A stretch of DNA of 64,000 nt from Candidatus Multivorans sp. (GTDB lineage: Bacteria; Acidobacteriota; Thermoanaerobaculia; Multivoradales; Multivoraceae), in NCBI GenBank assembly GCA_965224025.1, contig OZ245033.1:3712001-3776000 (forward strand). The letters are read 5' to 3'. Each line of letters starts with the position of its first letter. Position 1 is the stretch's first letter. The notes beneath the pieces are model-generated. The model did not search any database. It was not told where the DNA came from and saw nothing but the letters and a program-made list of their open reading frames with translations. Positions 57,687 to 64,000 of this stretch are shown piece by piece. The translations under genes and the position numbers were made by a program.

Positions 57687-59852
57687 ATGTACAAGACGAT
57701 CTACGTCCCGCTCGACAACTCGGACTACTCCAACCAGGCGATCGCCTCCGCGGTCGAACTGGGCCGGAAGTTCGACTCCAGGATGGTCGGCTGCCACGTC
57801 TACGCGGCCAGCATGCACGACTACCGCTTCAAGCAGATGGAGTACACGCTGCCCGAGGAGTACCTCGAGGAGACGGAACTCGACCGCCAGCGGAAGATCC
57901 ACGACTCCCTGATCACGATGGGGCTGGAGCTCATCTCGGAGAGCTACCTCGAGCCGATGAAGGCGGTCTGCGACGAAGCCGACCTCGAGTTCGAGCCGAA
58001 GATGATGGACGGCAAGCACCACGTCGAGATCGTGCGCGACATCCGCGAGTCGGGTTACGACCTGACCGTGATCGGCGTGATGGGAATCGGCCGCGTCCGC
58101 GACACGCAGATCGGCTCGGTCTGCGAGCGGGTCGCCCGGACCGTCGACAAGGATGTGCTCGTGATCAAGCGACTGCCGGCAAGGACCAACGGAAAGCCGA
58201 CGAACGGCAACGGCAACCACGCGGAAGCCGACGCCGACGGCCGCGACACGATGCTGGTCGGCGTCGACGGTTCGCCCCAGTCGTTCGGCGCCCTGATGAC
58301 CGCCATCGACCTGGCGAAGCGGTTCGGCAAGAAGGTCGAGGCGATCTCGGTCTACGACCCGTACCTCCACTACTCCGTGTTCAAGGGCGTGGTCAACGTG
58401 CTGACCGAGCGCGCCGCGAAGATCTTCCGCTTCGAGGAGCAGAACCAGCTTCACGAAGAGATCATCGACACCGGTCTGGCGCAGATCTACCAGTCGCACC
58501 TGGATGTCGCCGAGACGATGGCAACCGAGATCGGCGTCGACCTGACGAAGACCCTGCTCGACGGCAAGGCGTTCCAGAAGGTCCTCGATCACGCCCGGAA
58601 GATCGACCCCTGGATGCTCGTGATCGGCCGCGTCGGCGTGCATAGCGACGAGAGCGAGACCGGCCTCGGCAGCAACGCCGAGAACCTGCTCCGTTCCTGC
58701 CCCTGCGACCTCCTGCTGACCACCCGTCTCGAGTACCCGGAACTCGACGTCAAGGCCGAAGAGAGCATCCGCTGGACGCCCGAGGCCGAGGAGCGCTTCG
58801 AGCGCGTCCCCGAGCAGGTGCGCGGCATCGCCCGCACCGCCCTCTACCGGCTGGCGGTCGAGCAGGGCCACAGCGTGATCTCGAGCGACGTGCTCGACGA
58901 GGCGATGGACCGCTACATGCCCAAGTACACCGCTCGCGAGACGGAGGCGCTCGCCGAGCAGGTCGCCCTGCAGCTCGCGCGCAGCCGTCCCACTTTCATC
59001 TGCCGCAAGTGCGGCGTGACCTCGGCCGAGCCGGATCCGGTCCGCTGCGGCGTCTGCGGCAGTGAGTCGTTCGAGCAGATCACGGAGGAGATGCTGGACC
59101 GGATCGCCGAGATGGAGGGCGGTCTCGAGGTCGAGACGACCTATGACGGCCGCAAGCTCAAGTGGACCGCGGACGCCCGTCTGGCGCTCAAGACGATCGA
59201 GGACGCCTACCGGCGCCGCCGCGCCAAGGCGCGGATCGAGAAGAAGGCGCGGATGAGCAAACTGCCCACCGTCACCTTCGAGTTCGCGCGCGCCTTGATC
59301 GAAGACGAGACCGGCGAGCCGGTGACGATCGAGGCCCGCGAGCAGGCGGCCGACGCGAACGGCAACGACGCGCCCGAGGCGGCGTCCGAGGAGCGCAAGC
59401 TGATCGCCCGCGACGACGACCGCGTGCCGCTGCTCTCGACCTACGAGTGGTCGGGCGAGGCCGTCGAGCGCATTCTCCGGGTTCCCGCCGGCTTCATGAG
59501 GGACCGGACCCAGGAGCGCGTCGAGCTGGTGGCCCGTGAGAAGCACGTCTCGGAGATCGGGATCAAGACGGTCGAAGAGGGCATCGCGCTCGGCCGCGAG
59601 CTGATGGAGCAGATGATCGCGGCCTACGAGATCGGCAAGGGCGAAGGAACTCAGGCGAGCGCAGTCGCCGAGGCAGAGTCGAAGGCCGCGACCGCTGCGG
59701 GCAGATGCCCCTTCTCCGCTCTCGCCGAAGCCGGCGCCGGTGACGCCCAGGTCGAGGCAGCGAAGGACGCGAAGGCCGGCGCCTACCTGAACGAGGTCGG
59801 CCTGATGTCGGCACTCGACGAGAAGCGCAAGGCCGGCGAACCGGAAGCCTGA
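57687..59852 (+). CDS. Tandem universal stress protein fused to PCP_red-like helical domains and a Zn ribbon
   Basis: IYVPLDNS..IGSVCERV and LVGVDGS..LGSNAENL (two USP domains); three WTxEA/DA-type helical repeats; CRKC..CGVC; C-terminal CPF. Confidence 0.8.
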   Translation: MYKTIYVPLDNSDYSNQAIASAVELGRKFDSRMVGCHVYAASMHDYRFKQMEYTLPEEYLEETELDRQRKIHDSLITMGLELISESYLEPMKAVCDEADLEFEPKMMDGKHHVEIVRDIRESGYDLTVIGVMGIGRVRDTQIGSVCERVARTVDKDVLVIKRLPARTNGKPTNGNGNHAEADADGRDTMLVGVDGSPQSFGALMTAIDLAKRFGKKVEAISVYDPYLHYSVFKGVVNVLTERAAKIFRFEEQNQLHEEIIDTGLAQIYQSHLDVAETMATEIGVDLTKTLLDGKAFQKVLDHARKIDPWMLVIGRVGVHSDESETGLGSNAENLLRSCPCDLLLTTRLEYPELDVKAEESIRWTPEAEERFERVPEQVRGIARTALYRLAVEQGHSVISSDVLDEAMDRYMPKYTARETEALAEQVALQLARSRPTFICRKCGVTSAEPDPVRCGVCGSESFEQITEEMLDRIAEMEGGLEVETTYDGRKLKWTADARLALKTIEDAYRRRRAKARIEKKARMSKLPTVTFEFARALIEDETGEPVTIEAREQAADANGNDAPEAASEERKLIARDDDRVPLLSTYEWSGEAVERILRVPAGFMRDRTQERVELVAREKHVSEIGIKTVEEGIALGRELMEQMIAAYEIGKGEGTQASAVAEAESKAATAAGRCPFSALAEAGAGDAQVEAAKDAKAGAYLNEVGLMSALDEKRKAGEPEA

Positions 59853-59911
59853 GTTCCGCTTCTCCGGCGGCAGACCGCCGGCACGGCCCGCTCGAACCAC
59901 TGGGGGCGAAC

Positions 59912-60480
59912 ATGGGCAGACCCAAGGACATCGGCGTCGTCGATCTGATGCTGGAAATCCCAACCGGCGACCCCAACATCCGCGCCGCCTCCGCCGCGCC
60001 GTGCCTTGCGCATCCGCAGGCGCCGATCGACGACAAGCGCTTCTACCCCATCTACGCCAAGTGCGTCGAGCTCGACATACCCATCAACATGCTGGTCGGC
60101 GTGCCCGGTCCGCGCGTGCCCTACAAGTGCCAGTACCCCGGCCTGCTCGACGAAGTCGCTTGGTTCTTCCCGGACTCCGCGTCGTCATGCGCCACGGCGG
60201 CGATCCATGGACCGACCTGTGCGTCAAGCTGTTGCTCAAGTGGCCCAACCTGTACTACTCGACGACGGCCTGGGCGCCCAAGCACTACCCGCGCGACGTG
60301 CTCGAGTTCGCGAACAAGCGAGGCCCGAACAAGCTCCTCTACGCCGGCTACTTCCCCGGCCTGTCGTACGAGCGCATCTTCACGGAAATGGACGACCTGC
60401 CGCTCCAAGAGCACGTCTGGCCGAAGTTCCTGCGCGAGAACGCGGCCGCCGTGTTCAAGCTGGACGACCTGCTGGGCTAG
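59912..60480 (+). pseudogene. Amidohydrolase_2 family gene with internal deletion and frameshift
   Basis: FYPIYAKCVELDIP..GVPGPR continues in another frame near 60175 as VVMRHGGDPW..KWPNLYYSTTAWAPKHYP..NAAAVF; N-terminal region too short. Confidence 0.78.
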
Positions 60481-60598
60481 TACGTTTCGGCCATGCTGAT
60501 TCTCGCGCTGCCGCGCCTGCCGGAGCAGGCGCCGACCGGCGCGCCCCCCGCTCCGGCCGCGCTCGGGGCGCTTGCCGGTCCACGGTCCGAGTAGGCCG

Positions 60599-61528
60599 GT
60601 GTCCGCGTACCGCTTCTGCCGCTCTGACGACGTTCCCCTGATCGTCGAGGCCTTCCACCGCTGCAACGTGGGACCCGGCGCCGTCCCGTGGCGGCTTACG
60701 GTCGACCACATGAAGCGGCTCTCCAGGGAGATCAATCTCTGGACCAGCAGTTGCATGGTGGCCTTTGCGGGCCGCGACCCGATCGGCGTGCTGATCGCAG
60801 CGAAGCGGGCGCCCATCGCCAACCTCGTGCTCCACGTTGCGGTCCACCCCGACCACCGCCGGCAGGGCCATGCCCGCCACATGATGACCTCGCTCAGCCA
60901 GAAGATGGCGATCCTCGAACCGACCCGCATGCTGGCCGAAGTTCCGGCGGAAGCCGTCGCCGCCCACCGTTTCCTCAACGCCTGCGGTTTCGCTGAACGG
61001 CAAACCCTGATCGATTACTTCCACACAGGCGAATGCCCTGCCGCCGGCCCCTTTCTCGCCCTGGTCGGGACTGTTGCCCCGTCGGAGATCACCGCCGGCG
61101 CCGAGTTCGCCGATGTCTCGGATCTGGACCGTTGCTGGCAGCGCTCCGCTCGGACGATCCGCAACCTGCGGGAGCTGGCACTGGGCGTCGGCATCGCCAC
61201 CGATCGCGGCTTTGAGGCCTATCTTCTCTACCGGAGCGCCCGGGACGCCGACGACCCCCTGCCGTTCATCGCCAGGCCGCCCATTCCCACGTCGGGCGCC
61301 GGCCTGCCCGCCGACTCGGCACCCTGCGAGATCCTCGCGATCGGCGGCGAGCGGCCGGTGCCGGCACTTCTGGGACCCCTGCTGGCCTTCGCCGCCAACG
61401 ATTCCAAACGACCGCTCTACTTGCCGCGGGTGCATCCCGCCGAACCACTGGCGGATCGGCTCGAGGACTGCGGCTTCCAGGCGACGCAGAAGACCCTCCG
61501 ATACGAAAGCGACGCGGCCCGGTCGTGA
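60599..61528 (+). CDS. GNAT family N-acetyltransferase
   Basis: VAVHPDHRRQGHARHMM acetyl-CoA motif A; FLNACGF. Confidence 0.75.
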   Translation: MSAYRFCRSDDVPLIVEAFHRCNVGPGAVPWRLTVDHMKRLSREINLWTSSCMVAFAGRDPIGVLIAAKRAPIANLVLHVAVHPDHRRQGHARHMMTSLSQKMAILEPTRMLAEVPAEAVAAHRFLNACGFAERQTLIDYFHTGECPAAGPFLALVGTVAPSEITAGAEFADVSDLDRCWQRSARTIRNLRELALGVGIATDRGFEAYLLYRSARDADDPLPFIARPPIPTSGAGLPADSAPCEILAIGGERPVPALLGPLLAFAANDSKRPLYLPRVHPAEPLADRLEDCGFQATQKTLRYESDAARS

Positions 61529-61545
61529 CTGCTACGCTGCTCATC

Positions 61546-62391
61546 ATGTCCGCTCATTCGGCCGAAGAAACGCCAATCGGAGCGCAGTCCGAGGTCCAGC
61601 CCAAACCGGAGAAACTCGAACTGCTCGAAACGGCCTACGAGCTCACTGACTTCCGGTCCTTCGCCGACCTTGGCGCCTGCTGGGGCGTCGATGGCGCGTA
61701 CACGTTCCACGCCGCCGAACTCTGCGGCGACGAGCTGGAGAGAGCGGTGATCGTCGACGGCAATCTGACTCCCCTGACCCGGGAGCGAGCGAAGGAACAT
61801 CCAAGGGTGGAACTGGTCCAGGCCCGGCTCGGCTCGCAGCGGGCGCTCGACGCGGTCGGCGAGGTCGATGCCCTCATCATGTACGACATCCTGTTGCACC
61901 AGGTCAAGCCGGACTGGGACAGGTTCCTGCTGAACTGGCTGCCGCACGTCAACGTCCTGATCGTCTTCAATCAGAACTGGTTGAAGACCGCACGGACCAT
62001 ACGGTTCGTCGATCGCGGCCTCGACTGGTACTACAGGAATGTCTACGTTTGGGAAGACGATTGGAACACGCGCGCCCGGCTGGAGGCGTGGTTTGACAAG
62101 CATCACCAGCGCGACGAAGACGGACGGCTCGTGCGGGACAACCATTGGTACTGGCAGTTTGGCATCCGTCCCCAGGAGTTGATCGGCCTGCTGGCGAAGA
62201 ACGGTTTCGAACTCGTCTACATGAAGAGGCATCGTCACGCCTTCGGTCGCAGCCGCCCCTGGATCGTGAACGATGGGCTCATCTTTCAGCGCGCCGCCTA
62301 TCCGGAACTCGGCTTCCGTGGTCGGCTGCGCGCCGCGGCCCGCTCGCTGGCTGGACGAACCGGCCTTCTCGAACGCATCCGCAGGCCATGA
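61546..62391 (+). CDS. Hypothetical protein, possible class I SAM methyltransferase fold
   Basis: SFADLGACWG motif-I-like, DALIMYDILLHQ; ATGA overlap with Mrp gene. Confidence 0.55.
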   Translation: MSAHSAEETPIGAQSEVQPKPEKLELLETAYELTDFRSFADLGACWGVDGAYTFHAAELCGDELERAVIVDGNLTPLTRERAKEHPRVELVQARLGSQRALDAVGEVDALIMYDILLHQVKPDWDRFLLNWLPHVNVLIVFNQNWLKTARTIRFVDRGLDWYYRNVYVWEDDWNTRARLEAWFDKHHQRDEDGRLVRDNHWYWQFGIRPQELIGLLAKNGFELVYMKRHRHAFGRSRPWIVNDGLIFQRAAYPELGFRGRLRAAARSLAGRTGLLERIRRP

Positions 62392-63260
62392 AGACCTACT
62401 TCGACGTCGCCGGAGACGGCGGTTCCGACGTTCTCGGGCAGGTTCTCCAGCAGCGTGAGCGCATCGCCGAGGCGATGGCCGGCATCGATCACGTCGTCGC
62501 CATCGGCTCCGGCAAGGGAGGCGTCGGCAAGAGCACGCTGACCATGCAGCTCGCCCTGGCACTCGAGCGGGCCGGCCGCCGCTGCGCGATTCTCGACGCC
62601 GACTTGAACGGTCCCTGCCAGGCCCGTCTTGCCGGGCTGGAACAGGTTCCTCTGCTGCCGGGTGACCGCGGCATGGCACTGCCCCGCACGTCTCGTGGTC
62701 TGGGCGTCGTGTCGTTGGGTTCCCTGGTGCCCGAGTCGGAGCACGTCGCGTTCGAGAGCGTAGCGACGGGCGACTCCCACGTCTGGCGCGCAACCCGCGA
62801 GTTCAACCTGTTCCAGCAGTTGCTCGGTCTGGTGGACTGGGGTCGTCTCGACTTTCTGCTGGTCGACCTGCCGCCGGGCGCCGAACGCACCCTGCAGTAC
62901 GCCGAAGTCCTGGGGCCGGACGCGCGCTTCGTGCTCGTCACGATTCCAGCCGCGCTGGCCCGCGGCGTCGTCGCGCGCTCGGCGGCGGCGCTCGGCACGA
63001 CGCCGAACGAGGTGCTCGGGTACATCGAGAACATGAGCGGCTACTACTGCGGTACGTGCGACGGGGTCCGTCCCCTGTTCCACGGCGCGGCCGGCGAAGC
63101 GCCGAAGCTTGGACTCCCCCGTCTGGCTAGGGTACCGTTCGACCCGCGTCTGGCAACGGCCTCCGATGCGGGCGAAGCGGACTTGCCCCCGGGACCGGTC
63201 ATCCGCGCGATCGACGAGGCCGCCGCACGGCTTCTGCGTTGCGTCGCCCAGACAAGCTGA
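62388..63260 (+). CDS. Mrp/NBP35/ApbC P-loop ATPase (Fe-S carrier)
   Basis: GSGKGGVGKST, LDADLNGP, VDWGRLDFLLVDLPPG and IENMSGYYCGTC motifs. Confidence 0.9.
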   Translation: MKTYFDVAGDGGSDVLGQVLQQRERIAEAMAGIDHVVAIGSGKGGVGKSTLTMQLALALERAGRRCAILDADLNGPCQARLAGLEQVPLLPGDRGMALPRTSRGLGVVSLGSLVPESEHVAFESVATGDSHVWRATREFNLFQQLLGLVDWGRLDFLLVDLPPGAERTLQYAEVLGPDARFVLVTIPAALARGVVARSAAALGTTPNEVLGYIENMSGYYCGTCDGVRPLFHGAAGEAPKLGLPRLARVPFDPRLATASDAGEADLPPGPVIRAIDEAAARLLRCVAQTS

Positions 63261-63282
63261 TTCCGAACGACAGAGATCAAGG

Positions 63283-63810
63283 ATGAAGTTCCTCTGCGTA
63301 CCCTGCGACGAGCAGATGAAGCTGAAGCACGCCCTGGGACCTGATGGCGGTTCCGTCGCCCTGGTCTATGCCTGCCCCACCTGTTCCGCCGAGATGGCGA
63401 TGATGACGAATCCGCACGAGACCCAGGTGGTTGGATCGCTCGGCGTACGGATCGGCCCCGAGACGGGCGACGAAGCCGCGGCGACGTCCTCGAAGTGTCC
63501 CTTCACGGGCATGCTGGCGGAGATGGGCATGTCGACCTCCGCGACCAACTCACAGCCTGAAAGTCGCGAGTCCGGAGATCCCGCGCATCTTGCCGGCCGG
63601 AATCGAGACGGCGGGCACGGCGCCGCGGTCAACGGAGAACCGGGAGGCATTCCCTGGACCGCCGAAGCCCGCGAGCGGCTGGCGAACATCCCCGACATCG
63701 TGCGCACTTCGGCGGTCGCGGGCATCGAGAAGTTCGCTCTCGACCATGGCTACGATGAGGTCGACGCGGCGGTCCTGGAGCGCGCCCGCTCCTTCTTCGG
63801 CATCGCCTGA
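63283..63810 (+). CDS. Zn-ribbon plus PCP_red-like domain protein
   Basis: MKFLCVPC..CPTC; central KCPF; C-terminal IPWTAEARERLANIPDIVR..IEKFA helical domain. Confidence 0.78.
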   Translation: MKFLCVPCDEQMKLKHALGPDGGSVALVYACPTCSAEMAMMTNPHETQVVGSLGVRIGPETGDEAAATSSKCPFTGMLAEMGMSTSATNSQPESRESGDPAHLAGRNRDGGHGAAVNGEPGGIPWTAEARERLANIPDIVRTSAVAGIEKFALDHGYDEVDAAVLERARSFFGIA

Positions 63811-63846
63811 ACCTTCCGGCAGAACATCGCGCACAACGCCCTCGCC

Positions 63847-64000
63847 ATGACCCTGTCACCCCTGGAACGGCCGACGAGCGCCATGCCGGCTGCGTTCGCC
63901 CGCCCGTACGTCATCTCCTGGAACCTGACCTACCGCTGCAACCTGGCCTGCGAGCACTGCTACCTCGACGCCGGCGGCAAGCCGCTGGTCGAGACCGCCA
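63847..64000 (+). CDS. Radical SAM protein, AhbC/AhbD/NirJ-like (partial, runs off window)
   Basis: Frame from ATG 63847 reads ..PYVISWNLTYRCNLACEHCYLDAG (CxxxCxxC). Confidence 0.8.
   Translation, partial: MTLSPLERPTSAMPAAFARPYVISWNLTYRCNLACEHCYLDAGGKPLVETA

Noticed and set aside
57687-63810. PCP_red-like domains as evidence of phototrophy
   Set aside because: No bch/chl catalytic or reaction-centre genes; the small domain occurs in non-phototroph proteins.

Overview
High-GC bacterial chromosome segment (visually ~70% GC), probably Acidobacteriota. That placement is inferred from tandem acidobacterial-type VWA proteins, planctomycete-type cytochrome c/DUF1501 genes and the general gene content. 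The left two-thirds hold housekeeping and secreted-enzyme genes (purU, serC, PQQ dehydrogenase, peptidases, esterase, glpQ, DAACS symporter), a MacAB-type exporter and a partner-switching signalling operon. They also hold several gene remnants (RecQ-PRTase/DprA, an orphan antitoxin, an IS, a transglutaminase) and three families of dispersed palindromic repeats; one repeat copy is translated in frame inside a molybdopterin enzyme. The main candidate system spans 47.2-64 kb. Alternative complex III genes actA, actB and actE occur there without the quinol-site subunits actC/actD/actF. They are followed by a lone CydA-like (cytochrome bd-like) membrane subunit, three more c-type cytochromes (one fused to an NxrC/EbdC-like domain lacking the usual Met ligand) and a probable maturation module (USP-PCP_red fusion, Mrp ATPase, Zn-ribbon/PCP_red protein, AhbC/AhbD/NirJ-like radical SAM). 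A Sco chaperone gene is transcribed divergently. The layout resembles clusters known from Nitrospira/Nitrospina, but no nitrite oxidoreductase catalytic subunit is in the window. No rRNA, tRNA or CRISPR array was seen. All calls come from reading motifs by eye; no database search was run.
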